A DNA stretch of 64,000 bases from Tubulanus polymorphus (Eukaryota; Animalia; Nemertea), in NCBI RefSeq assembly GCF_964204645.1, contig NC_134027.1:3380485-3444484 (forward strand), read 5' to 3'. Below are positions 38,901 through 51,700 of the stretch, piece after piece. The position numbers and the translations under genes are program-made. The notes under the pieces are model-generated. The model worked only from the letters and a program-made list of their open reading frames with translations, did no database searches and was not told the origin of the DNA. Position 1 is the first letter of the stretch, and each line of letters begins with the position of its first letter.

Positions 38901-41900
38901 CAAACCGTAAATTCAGTGGTTTTGAAAGCAAATGTTGATCCTTTACACTACTAAACTCCTGGTCCCGACTATTGATTTAAGCTGTTTACTGGTACAATTA
39001 CGAACTAGACATAAATTTCTAATTGCTTATTTCAGTTTCAAAGGAGTTTCAGGCATTTTGCTCAAATCAAAGGAGTTTCAAGCACCTTTAAAAGCATTTC
39101 GCAACTAGAGGGAGTTTTTAAGGAATCAAGGAGTCGTAGGGACCCCGAACTACTTACTGGTCAACGCATTTATCATGAAGAAGGTGAGCTTTGAATCCTA
39201 AAACTGAGAATATCACAATCGATGCGAATATCGAAGTGCTGCAGTTTGTTATTGACACCAGTATGGCGTCACGTCTACAGTTATTCTTTGGTTTGTTGTA
39301 ACTCGCAAACGCAATTAAGCCTCCGAACGCCAGTCCAAGAGAATAGAAAATTTGAGTAGCAGCATCCAACCACACCTGAGGCTCCAATAATTTCTCCATC
39401 TGAAAGTACAGTATACTATTACATGACAAATGATTGACAATGAGACAAAGCCTTCCGAGTGATCGCACAAATGTCATCAAACAATCAAGTTTTTTGCAGG
39501 AACATTACTTCATGCATTGAAGAGCTATCATTCGACATTTATACTCTAGTTTATATGACCTGGTAGGGATCTCAACTTGCAACTAACTCTAGTTGAGAGG
39601 CCAATTTTTCTAACATTGACGTGAGTCAAGTTTTTATCATAATTATAAACAACCCATGTTTTGTAAACTAATCACACCAGGAAGTTATTAGACTATTGAA
39701 CGCAAACCCTGCTCAATTTACATAGAATTATTCAAGCTATATTTATAGTCGAATACAATGTGCCTTGTTCCCACATACACCATCATCCTGAACATGGAGC
39801 GAAGAGTGAACTTTATACTGGAAATTCCATCCAATAGAGGTCACTTAACTAGGTTTCTTCTTCAGTTAGTGCTAATATAAGTCAAATGGTTTTTGAACCA
39901 ATGCTTTCTGAACTAAGATTTCTGGCTAATTGATTAAAAACTGAAAAAATATCATTCAGTCCCAGCAGATCAGCACTGAACGTACTTTTTAAAGTATTAT
40001 ATCGGAAAAAAGAAAACATCAATGAACAGTGCCTATAGGGTTCCATATGGATTTGCCAGACTATTTACATCTGTTTCACGGAACATATGTTCTGGCTTAA
40101 ACTAATTTCCAATTCATATTTTTTGCATCAAACACCATCAATACATTAACAATTCAAATGATATTTACTTAATAACGTACAAATAAAGGTACAGATGTTG
40201 GCAGAGGATTCCTCTTGGCAAATAACATTCTGTATCTTTTTATAGATATATTATCCTTGTTTCGTCTGCAGTAACATTAGCGTCTGAGACTAGAAATAGC
40301 CGGGTATCTTGGCACTGTTCCAGCTGAAGGGATTGTTTACATACACGACAAAGCTCATATTCTCCGACGTTTATTTACAAAGGGCACCTAGTAAACATGA
40401 AAAATATAGCTAATTTTACCACGCTAATACTAGTGACCAGAGACAGGCACCACCCTCCTGCCAGCATGCTCATTATCATACAGACAACTCTGAACCAACT
40501 GCACTTCATAACACATCAGATCAGACTAAATACAGCCAGCCGTACAGATTATACAGTAATCAATTCAGTTAGTAGGATTACAGTAGATTTCCTAAGAAGT
40601 GTCCTGGGGCAGAACAGTTAACAGCAGCTTTCAGAAAATTACTAATCAACAGAAATCTATATATGATCATTATTTATACATATAATCCAGGAAGATTATT
40701 TCTCATATATATATAGTTACATTACCTTTGGGGTAAACATATGACGTAGTCCATCACCGGCTCCTTTTAATGTAACTCCTCGTCCGAAGAAAATGACCAG
40801 GACTACATAAGGAAATGTAGCCGTTACATACATCACCTGAAACAAAAAATCAAAACTGATGAATTTACAAATGTCAGAAAAATATGTCTTAATCTACTCG
40901 GGCCCGGCAAAACAATAGTAATTAATGAACTATTGTTGTTTATATTCAGGGCGTAGTTGACATATACAGTGGAAAGTTCGATTAGTTAAGTCTGGCAGCT
41001 AATAACTGCCGATAAGATTTCAAATAATTGATATTGGTTTACACTTCTAGTCGGGGCTTACCTTTCCGGCAGATTTAATGCCTTTACACATACAAACATA
41101 TACAATAATCCAAGCGACCAATAGAGATACAAACATCTTCCACTTGACACCACCAATTACATCAATAGATGGAGACATATCTAGAGTTTCACGATACCAG
41201 AAATAACTTGTAGAATCGCTGATCTCACATTCTTTTACTGGACTCGTTATGTTCGTTTCTTCATTAGTAATCGTTGGACAATCGGTCCACGGAAGATACA
41301 GTCGGAAAGAATAGAATAGGTAATACAAACACCAAGCTATGATAACATTGTAATATAATGATACAATATAGGATACTACAGCGCTCGTATATCCTAGACC
41401 ACCCAACAGAGGATGAATGTCATTCCATACTCCGATGGATCCTTTACGGAGTCTCTGTCCGACTGCTAATTCCAAGTAAAACAATGGTATCCCTTCGACG
41501 ATGAGCATAATCGCGTATGGTATAAGAAAAGCTCCTGTAAAGAAGAATGAAAAAAAAAAGATTCAAACATTTGCTTCGAAATGTATTTGGGAGTATCAAG
41601 ATGTTAATTCACTTTTTTAAGGTTATATCATTATTTTGCAGTAACTGGCATATTGCCAAGTATCAAATTAGGAGATATCAAATGCGGGATTTTATCATGC
41701 GCAACATAAACTCTAAATGAACTCGATATCGGTGAAGCATGAATGTTAGGAAACGTGCATTTGACCCATCATTAGAGATGCAGGAAGAAATTCCCTTCTA
41801 TTCCCCCGGCCTGTACTCGGTACTCATACAACTGCCGTGTAGATGCTTAACATAATTCTTGAATAGAACGTGAATCACTCATTCCATACAATACAACCAC

Positions 41901-42775
41901 AACAAAATTGACACAAATACTTCTTTCACCCTATACATTTCCCGTGTGAATTAAGATTTGATAAAAAATAAACATTTGAAATTCCTCATCATTGAATGCG
42001 AATAATTTTCTTTCAGAAAGAATCTTAACTTAGTGTAAATAATGTTTTAGTGAAAATTGGGAGTTTTTTCATAAGCCATATACATATTGAAACACCATAT
42101 TCAACCATTCATTTTGAAGGCAACAAAGATTTGTTATGATTATAGAATTGTAAAAAATATTCAACATTACGGAAAGATTTAGGCCTAAATGAATTTCATT
42201 TGATAGAATTCGAATGCAAAGAATTTGACACACGTGCTCTCTACTCTACTATACAACGAATTACAATCATCAGTTTTCGCCTGGCTTAATTCGAAGCCGG
42301 GTTCAATGGAAAAAAATACTCATGTTATCTCTACGAGTAGGATCAACTCTTCAATCTAAACCACACTCCTTGTATTGAAACTCAGTGGCCTCCCAATCGC
42401 TCAAAAATACTACTATACTACTAAACTCTTAGACTCACAACACGAGCTGCCATGATGCCGACCACTTCAATACACATTATTATTCCATCATAATTTTACC
42501 AAAATAAGGGATTAAATTAAATTCTTACCCCCTCCATTTTGCTGACAAAGGTATGGGAAACGCCACACATTTCCCAAACCAACGGCATAACCGATGATGC
42601 CAAGCAAAAACTGGATTTTGCTATCCCACGCCGCCCTTTCCTTAGGTGGTGCTCCTTCTTCCACCATTGCTGTATCCGAGTCTTCTGTGTTCAAAGGACT
42701 CAGTTCCATCCCTGCGACGTCGTTGTCGACGTCAGCATCATCATTTTCGAATGAATTATCGGAATTATCTTCCAT
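35944..42775 (-). CDS. SLC6 sodium-dependent neutral amino-acid transporter (B0AT / SLC6A15-19 clade), 9 exons
   Basis: Motifs [75 protein letters not shown] and [13 protein letters not shown]. Exons approx. 42529-42775, 41062-41534, 40726-40836, 39157-39399, 38564-38729, 38222-38427, 37883-38043, 36946-37109 and 35944-36243. Confidence 0.92.
37333..37386. repeat. 25-bp perfect tandem duplication in an SLC6 intron
   Basis: ccaggaaatagagatcaaatggcga repeated twice. Confidence 0.85.
38788..39147. mobile_element. Degenerate hAT-like MITE with aaggagtt subrepeats
   Basis: tagggtccatac ... gtagggacccc ends with repeated aaggagttt. A similar right end (cgtagggaccctg) lies at 50740-50752. Confidence 0.45.
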
Positions 42776-43254
42776 TTTCGATCCGCGCTCGCTTCGGGCT
42801 TAGCTTACACGAAAAGCAGCGTGGCGAACTTCGACTCATCGAATCTAGATCTAGGTCAGGTGATAAATGAGTCGGCTCCTTCACGAATATCGTCCAATGA
42901 TTAAACCAGTTTTACATTTTAGCAACATATAGCATTCACACATTGTTCATCGCAAACAAAAATGCACGATTTATAAACAGGAAGATGATTTGTGTTTGTT
43001 TATATCGAGAGAAACCCCTTTTGTGTAATGGGTACTACCACACTTCACTACTAACATAACATAATTTATCATATGTTTTACGCACTCCGCACGAATCGGG
43101 CGGTGTCATTTGTTGATGGTAGAGTGAAAGTTAGTGTAGGGCCTATCGCAAAAATCACCTCAAACCAAAATTAAATGGTATCATTTTGTTGTTTACCATC
43201 GTAAACAAAAAACTCTAGAAGGATATGCAAATTTATACCATGGCAATTCAATAT

Positions 43255-43400
43255 CATTCATTCGCTGTTCATTCATGATTGGTTATCTGGCGGGAAAATC
43301 ATAGTAATGCGTCGTCGTTACGTTAGATGGCAGCACCATACGATTACCCTGAACAGCGCATGCGTAAACATTGTTGTCGGCCATATTTGCCGGTTTTAAT
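43255..43400. promoter_or_regulatory. Divergent SLC6/SmD1 promoter core
   Basis: ATTGG near 43278, E2F ggcgggaaa at 43289-43297, CTCF-like cgttagatggcagca at 43321-43335 and NRF1-like gcgcatgcg at 43356-43364. Confidence 0.6.
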
Positions 43401-43436
43401 TTTTTCCTCGGATGTGGATATAGAATCCATTCCATC

Positions 43437-45344
43437 ATGAAGCTAGTTAGGTAAATATGAATATGGTTTTATGATAGTTGGAAAGCAGTGAAATTAAACT
43501 TCCGATTTGTCCTAAAAGTTAGTCGAATACATTTTTTAAACTGTACGAAAAAGTGTCCGAAATCTGAGCCCTAAAGAATGAATACGGCATCTACTTTCCG
43601 CTTTATATATAGCGCCCTAGGCCTAAAATACGAATATGTTTCGTTCTCGAGCTATGCACGAGCCTACATGAAGTGATTGTTTTTTCGTCATTCGTTTTTT
43701 TGTTGTCAGTTACTGTACTGTGCACTCCGGGTTTTTAAAGGTAAATGACGAATGCCAACAATTATTCTGTTGACGCTGTCGCTGCTGACGAGTCACATCG
43801 CATAGTGACACTCTCTTCACAGGGGCTTGTAAACTGGCTTGGATTTTACTTCCGGGTTGTTGATAATCTCGCGAGAATGGCGCTAAATTTAAACTGCAAA
43901 TAAGATCAAAATATCACAGAAATACCTCGTGTTGATGTTGTTTATTTATCCACTATAGAGTTTTGATAAACAATTGGCTGTTAAGGATCAGTATCAGCGG
44001 GCGCGACGCCTTACTATATTAAAATAACAAGGGATGAAACGGCTTCGCTTTTGCCTGTGACCGTATTGATGCGGCGGAAACGACTGCGCATGCGCGGCAA
44101 CTTTCCGAAAGGTTAAGATCAGTTCAAGTTCAATTGATTCTTCTCAAAAACCTATGTCAAGCCAAGGCAATCACACTTCTAAGGAAATTATCAATTTTTG
44201 AATTGATGTAGAAAAACTATAATGTGTAGTTTGATTGACAGCTCACAAGCGCTCGGAAGTTGCCGCGCATGCGCAGTGGTTTCCGCCGCATCAATACGGT
44301 CACAGGCAAAAGCGAAGCTGTTTCATCCCTTGTTATTTTAATATAGTAAGGTGTCGCGCCTGCTGATACTGATCCTTAACAGCCAATTGTTTATCAAAAC
44401 TCTATAGTGGATAAATAAACAACATCAACACGAGGTATTTCTGTGATATTTTGATCTTCTCGCGAGATTATCAACAACCCGGAAGTAAAATCCAAGTCAG
44501 TTTACAAGCCCCTGTGCACTGTCTTTGATATTGGGTACCCTGATATTGTTGTCATGAAATAAATAAAGTTTGGGGACTTTGCTATATAAAAGTGTTTGCT
44601 TTTTGGGTTTTTAGATTTTTGATGAAACTCAGTCATGAGACAGTTACTATTGAACTGAAAAATGGTACTCAAGTACATGGAACGATAACAGGTTAGTAAA
44701 CCACTACAGAAGAGAACAATCGTTTACCCGGTATAACATAAATAGTTTCTTTGAACAATTAGTAATGAAATTTGACGAATGTTTCATTTTAGGTGTTGAT
44801 GTTTGTATGAATACACATTTAAAAGCTGTTAAAATGACTCAAAAGAACAGAGACCCGGTACAGTTAGACACGTTGAGCATTAGAGGAAATAATATCCGAT
44901 ATTTCATATTACCGGACAGCTTACCGTTAGATACACTACTCATTGACGATGCACCTAAATCGAGAATGGGTCGAGGAGGTGATAGACGAGACCGTAAGTT
45001 TTACATCAATTATATTCACTTAAATCTAAAATTCAGTTGGTTCAAAACCTTAACTACTTACTCAATTAGAATATTAACTGAATTAATGAAGGAATAGAAT
45101 ATATTTTATTACCTTTGGTCAGATAAATTATGACCTTTTTCCGTATTTTTGACAAAATTGTTTACAGAACTCTTTAAATTTAAGTCATGTCTTTGCTATT
45201 ACCGGTATCTGATATGTGAAAAATATTTGTTTTGTAGGAGGTGGAGGTGGCATGCGAGGTGGAATGAGAGGTGGACGAGGTGGAAGAGGAGGTCGTGGTC
45301 GAGGTAGAGGAGGTGGAAGAGGACGCGGTGGTCCACGTCGATAA
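43437..45344 (+). CDS. SNRPD1: Small nuclear ribonucleoprotein Sm D1, 4 exons
   Basis: MKLVR|[25 protein letters not shown]|[16 protein letters not shown]...[26 protein letters not shown]...| RG-repeat tail ...RGRGGPRR*. Exons 43437-43450, 44615-44691, 44793-44992 and 45238-45344. Confidence 0.97.
43818..44516. mobile_element. Foldback-type non-autonomous DNA transposon with long TIRs and a 9-bp TSD (MULE/FB-like), in SNRPD1 intron 1
   Basis: Arms 43818-44108 and 44253-44516 are near-perfect reverse complements (about 5 substitutions, one ~26-bp indel, one 1-bp indel). Flanks cactctctt / cactgtctt match at 8 of 9 bases. Confidence 0.9.
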
Positions 45345-46043
45345 AAAACTTGTGTTCATCATTCCTCAATTAACAGTGAACAAAATCATGTTTTTAGCAA
45401 AATTATGTGGATTTTACTGGTGCATTTACGGACTGAATCCAGATATAGGTGAAATTGTGTTTAGCATTTTAGAGACAGTAAAATCAATCCAGTGATTTCT
45501 CAAACGACTGTTCAGTTGAAGTGATGGTTAAAACAATACGAGAAACCTGTGTAATTATTTGTATTTGTCCAGTGTAATTAAAACGAGGGGGATTTCAATA
45601 TGAGGGGGCTGCGATATCTTTTGTATGTGTATAATACCTGAAGAATAAAACAAATTTTGTATATTAATCGTTTGGTCTTTGTGGTTATATTTTTGTGTGA
45701 AAAACTGAGGAATTCGATTTTTAGCCTGAAAGCACCCATCAAGACAACACAAGATAGAATCCTAAAGGTTTGTGCCAATATTTTATTCACCGTTTTAACC
45801 ATTAAGGAATAATTTAGACCATGGGATGGATTACGTCTGAACAAAATATCGGCACCTCGTGGAAACTTTTTCGTTGTGGGATTATATCTTGTATAAAATG
45901 TTTGAATTGATTTTCAACCAGAAACACTCGAGATGTGAAACCTAACGACTGTTCCAGGCAGCTGGTACTGCATCAAGCATTGGGAGAAATCAGTTCATCA
46001 TCGACGAATAAACAATAGAAAATATGGATAAAATAATATTTAT

Positions 46044-47438
46044 TCACCATTTATATTGAGGTTCATCGAGTCTAGGCTTCCTCGCTAATTCTGGATTGTA
46101 TTGAGAATTGTATCCACGTTTACGATCATCATATTCAACAGTTTTTGTTTCTGGTATTTTTTCACCTCTTGCTTTAGCAAGCACTTGTTCAGTTCTAAAC
46201 CGTTCAGCTTTTTCTCTATTGATTCTCTCGGCGCGCAATTGTTCAATAGTTTTTTTGCCAGGCGTTTTAGATTTTTCCTTTTTGTCCTTATGTTTTTTGT
46301 GCTTTTTGTGTAGAATTTCCTGAGAAAAGATTTACAAGTTGATAGAATAATTAATGAAATAGAGATTGAACACATGCAGCTTAGTTCTAAGTACAAACCT
46401 TATCATCTTCATCATCTGCATGATCAACCTTTCGTTTTTCATTAACATACTTTGACATATGAGCCATTGGATCCAGGGCGCGTTTCTTCTTATAATCCTG
46501 CTCCCCTTTTCTGAAAACATCAACGTCATGCTTAGAAATATGCAATGAATACGTAATAGTTTAAAATTGAATATCAGAAATGCTATAGATAAATACCTCG
46601 TACTAGTAGGACTAGTCGAAGAGGTTGATTGATTTGTAGTAGATCGTTTTCTAACTTCAGTTGGGTTATAATACCATGGTTTACAGGCTACAAAAAAAGA
46701 AGAAATAATTTGATCAAATTTCACTAATAATCATTAACTTTATGAACATCTAAAAGTGCACTTACTTTGTGACTCTGCAGCACTTTGTCCAAGATATGTC
46801 AATAAGCCAATACTTTTCTCATATTTCTCCTGTTCCTCCTTTTTTTCCTTTTCATGTTCCTCATTGGCCCCCTACAGGTTAAAAGTATTTAGAGAGTGTA
46901 GAACACGTCAAAGACGTATAAAGTGAAGATGATTGAATTTGAATACCGGTACTCACCGATTGTTCGCCTTCAAATAGGTTAATGTGCTCAGGTTTTACAA
47001 ATTCAACTAATGGAGTAGAAGGAACAGGTACAGGTCCTACTAGTTCATTATAATGTCTCGAAGAATCTAACTGTTTGTGATCTGTAGATTGACCTAGGCG
47101 AGCCCTTGATCGTTCACGCAGTAAATTTGTCCTCGCTTCTTGTTCCTAGAATAATCGTGAAATGCAATCAATGAAACTATAATAAGATTGGGAGTAACAG
47201 TATTGATGACTGAAGTAAGAATACTTACTGCTAGAGCAATCTTTCTTAAACATTCCTCTTCTTCTTCAGCGGCTTTTGCTTCATCCCTGCGAACTCTTTC
47301 GATGTTTTTCTTCGTTCGTACATGCCAACTGAAAAATAATTTTTCCTCATTATTGAAAAATGTCAATTGAATAATTTAGAGCATTAGAAATACAAACGAC
47401 CAAATCCAAACTTACTTTTTCTTAGGTAAAATATTCAT
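46044..47438 (-). CDS. LENG1: Leukocyte receptor cluster member 1 homolog (Cir_N domain spliceosome factor)
   Basis: MNILPKK|[25 protein letters not shown]...; [16 protein letters not shown]; PWY; [16 protein letters not shown]; [11 protein letters not shown]. Multi-exon with GT-AG boundaries. Confidence 0.92.
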
Positions 47439-47494
47439 CTTCTGTTTATTACTCCGTCAGTGGCTAAGTAAATATTCTGAAAAGAAAAATGTCA

Positions 47495-48060
47495 TATTAA
47501 CCGGAAATACACGTGCATTTGTTTATTATAAATATTTGGTTGCGCATGCGCATTATATGTCTAGACAACGCCCTCCAGCGAGTATATCATCAGTTAATAG
47601 GTAAGCAATTAAACTCGCCGATTGATCATCTATCAGGCCGTATTCGATCTTATAATCAGTAGGATTATATTCTTCATATTTTTTTCTATAATTTCTCCTA
47701 ATTTCAATTAGATCAGGATCTCAATAATGTGTTTAAGGGTGAATGTTAGTCGGGGGCTTATTAACAATAGACAGCAGGTGCGCGTGCATAGTGCCCGCTC
47801 CGTGTAGCTGTGTGGCGTCATCTCGAATCTTCAGGCGCTAATTCTGAGGTATCAACCGTTCACTCACTGATAGAAAACTCAGTACAGGTATACAAATAGT
47901 TTCTCTCTAATGTACACCAGTGATTAGCGTCGAAACTGTTAATCCTGATGCGGAATTTTGCACGTTTTTAAAGACGCACGATGAAGCGACGCCGAGGCGG
48001 TCTAAAAATCAAAATGGCAGATGGCGTTGGCTTGTTTAGGAGGGCGCTGTCGCCCGGGTC
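47495..48060. promoter_or_regulatory. Divergent LENG1/CTCF promoter and first-intron CpG patch
   Basis: ETS ccggaaat at 47501, E-box cacgtg at 47510 and a perfect NRF1 palindrome tgcgcatgcgca at 47541-47552. CTCF-like motifs at 47567-47582 (-), 48015-48027 and 48036-48050. YY1-like aaaatggc at 48011. Confidence 0.65.
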
Positions 48061-48700
48061 ACAACGCTCCTACCGTCTGGAATTAGAACATCAAATCCAT
48101 CTTTAAACTCATCTAGGACTTATCGGCTATCTTATACGATGCGCTTAACGCATGATAACGTTTTCACGTTTGTGAAATTTGCGCCTAAAATGTGTTATAA
48201 GGTTGTTCTAGGGTTCAGCAGCCATTTTGTTCTCTTTGAATTTTATGATAATGATCCAGCTCTAGGCGCTCTCTCTGGCTGGGACCAAATCATTTTATTT
48301 CACATGTCTCCTATTAAGTAATCTCCTTTCTTGGGTTTAGTATATAACGCTATCTTATTATAGGATATATTTGTTATTAAAATTTGAACCCACTTATTTT
48401 CAAAACTGTACTGCTGATATTCAGAAATATGCAAATTACATGAATTGCAGAATTAAAATGATACATATATTTCTGATAGTTTGGTCGTACCCAGCAGAAT
48501 ATTATATTGATATTTTTATATTTCTTTGTAGCATTTTGATACTAGCCCATTGAGACAGAGGTTCTATATCAACGATATTTGTGTGAGAAAGAAAAGTTGG
48601 CCTGGTAAGGTGGCCCATAATGTTGTCTACTTTTTAATTGAAAAATGCTCGATTTGATAAGTATTTAGACTTAAACATTTTGTTTTTCTTGCAGTTGAAA

Positions 48701-51700
48701 ATGGAGCCTTCTGGATCTGGTCATGTCGTCGCATCTGAGAGTCAGTCACTTAATGATATTCAGGATTATTTAGCCAATTTCAACAAGGAAATTCAGGAGA
48801 CGGGTAAGAACTAATCTAGATCATCTTAACCCTTTCAGTGCTGGCTTATGAATAATCGAAAAAGCTGGAGATAATTCGAACAAAGCCAAGTCTATCACAA
48901 ATTTATACTGCACTGCAGTGTAGGCGCAATGAAAGACTTAATCGGCATACAATTCCAGAAATTCTTTGCGGAGAAAATAATTGTAGAAATGCATTGGTTT
49001 TTTTTAGGAGCTCAAGGAACTGTCCAGTTTGCTAATGGCGGTGATCAAAGCAGCGATTTGGTAAACCAGGTTTTATTACAAGCGCAGGCTGCAGCTGGTG
49101 ATCAGAATTTAATACCCGCTGATGGCGTGAATATTGTACAACAGGAAGATAATTCTGGCGCTCTGATGATAGCTGGTTCCGATGGACAACATCAGGATCA
49201 TACGGGTCAAATAATTATACAAGCCGGCCAGGGTGATGTACATACTCAACAAGTACATACATCGGAGGCTTATAGTCAGGGACAATTAGTGATTCATGAT
49301 CAAACTCAAGGCCAGTATCATATGGCGACTAGTGAACCCAATTCCAGTCATCAAGATGCACATCATATGGATAACTCAGTCGTGCAGGTTCTTCAGTCAG
49401 TCGGCGCTGAAGAAGCTCCGGGTCATTCCGATAGCCATCACATGATCGATTTACAAGACGCGCAGTTAGTCGCCGTGCAGAACGCTCAGGACAGTTCTCA
49501 GCCTCAGTACGTCGCCGTTCAGGGTTCAACCAGTCGGGAAGAGCAAGGAAATCTGGAGATTCTCGCGAACGCTTCGCAGGCGAACGCGGAAGGGCAGCAG
49601 GTGATGTTACAGAATGCAGGAGCGAACGGTCAATATCAGACGGTCACGATCGTTCCATCGGACGTGAATCAAGGCGGAGAAGTGAGTTACGTGTTGATCG
49701 TGTCTCAACCCGACGAGAAAAAAGAACAAGTCGACGATATGGACATGTCGATCTACGATTTCAAAGAGGAGCCGAGAGATCACGCGGCTCCCGTGCACCA
49801 TTTAGGCGAAGGATTAGAAGAGTTCATGGAAGATACGCCTAAAAGAGTTATTAAATTGCTGCCGAAGCGACCGGCGCCGGGAACCACTCAACTGATGTGT
49901 AATTATTGTAACTACACGAGTCCGAAGAAATATCTGTTGACGCGACACATGAAAACGCACAGCGAAGAACGTCCGCACAAATGTAACATCTGCGACCGCG
50001 GATTCAAAACGATCGCCTCGTTGACGAACCACGTCAACACTCACACCGGCACGAAACCTCATAAATGTAAGGAGTGCGAATCTGCGTTCACGACGTCTGG
50101 CGAATTAGTGCGTCACGTACGATATCGGCACACGCACGAAAAACCACATAAATGTACGGAATGCGATTACTGTAGCGTCGAGTTGAGCAAGTTAAAACGA
50201 CATATGAGATCTCACACTGGTAAATATTTGATATTATATGATTTATTTTCTCCACAAAAAAAAAGTTTTTTTAATAATTATCAATATATATTGAATAGTT
50301 GATTAACAATATGGAGAGGGACACCGAGCTAGCTTTAAAGCTTTGTTAATTTCATCGTTGTAACTCCTTTTATTTGAGCGAAATGCCCAAGACTCCTTTA
50401 AAACACGTCCAAATTTTGAATTAGAATTAGAATTTCTACGTTGTACGCCTAAATCAGTACAGTTGGAACCAGAATCTTTTTGTTACCTAATTAGGTGGTT
50501 ACCGAATTAGAAGCCGAGTTGAAGTAATATGAGACTTTCTCTTTAGAACTCCTTGAAAACTCCAGGGGGCGGTTTCATAGATTGAGTATCAAAGTTATCC
50601 CTGAGGGTAAATCCTCAATCTGGGTGACGACCACAATAGTAACAATGAGAAACCATGGTTATAACTGACAAATTTCAAAATATTCCCAGGTATTACTTTT
50701 CTTCCACATCTATGAAACCAAGCCCTGGAATTACTGATCCGTAGGGACCCTGTTTATTTGATTGAATATGTTTTCATCCTATAGGTGAGCGCCCGTATCA
50801 ATGTCCTCACTGTTCATACGCAAGTCCGGACACGTACAAACTGAAGCGCCATCTACGCATACATACAGGCGAGAAACCATACGAATGCGATATCTGTCAC
50901 GCTCGTTTTACGCAGAGTAACAGTTTGAAAGCGCATAGACTCATACATTCCGGTACGAAACCCGTCTACCAGTGTGAACTATGTCCGACTACGTGCGGCC
51001 GTAAAACCGACTTGAAGATACATATCCAGAAACTGCACACGAGCGACAAACCGTTGCAGTGTCGAAAGTGCGGAAAATCGTTCCCGGATAGATACACGTT
51101 CAAGATTCATATGAAGACGCACGACGGGGAGAAGTGTTTTAAATGCGAGCTTTGTCCGTACGCGGCGTTATCAGAGCGCCATCTACAAAGTCATCTGCTT
51201 ACACATACAGGTGAATACATCTTTATGTTTCATTGCTTTAATGTACCGGTACAATATGTCCAAATACGGTTGACAAATAATTTTGACTTTCAATTATTAA
51301 GATCGTATAGAAAAGAAGTTTGTTTTTGAAAGTTAAAATTAGAGGAATGCCAACTGTCAGTTCTTTAACTAAACCTAATTGACTGTGAATCATTGAAATG
51401 TGAAATATTTTTGCAGGTGAAAAGCCATTTGAATGCGATCAGTGCGATCAGTCATTCAGACAGAAACAACTACTGAAACGACACAAGAATCTCTATCATA
51501 CACCTGACTATGTACCGCCTGTTCCTAAAGACAAGAGTCATGAATGCAGTGAATGCAGCAAGATCTTCGCGCACAAGGGTAATTTGCTACGTCATATGGC
51601 TATGCACGATCCGGAGAGTCCGATGTATCAACAGATATCCGGACCGGAAGAAGGTGAAATATTGTCGAAGAACGTTATTCGTACTTTACCAAAATCCGGC

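Noticed and set aside
45238-45340. GGA/GGT-rich repeat as a satellite or array
   Set aside because: It encodes the normal RG-rich tail of SmD1.
45815-46012. Exon-like stretch between SNRPD1 and LENG1
   Set aside because: Only about 30 codons are open, no protein is recognisable and the splice structure is not convincing.
49329-50062. Antisense ORFs over CTCF, and similar short ORFs opposite SLC6, LENG1, SNRPD1 and PCIF1 exons
   Set aside because: These are shadow ORFs of real coding exons with no independent signals.
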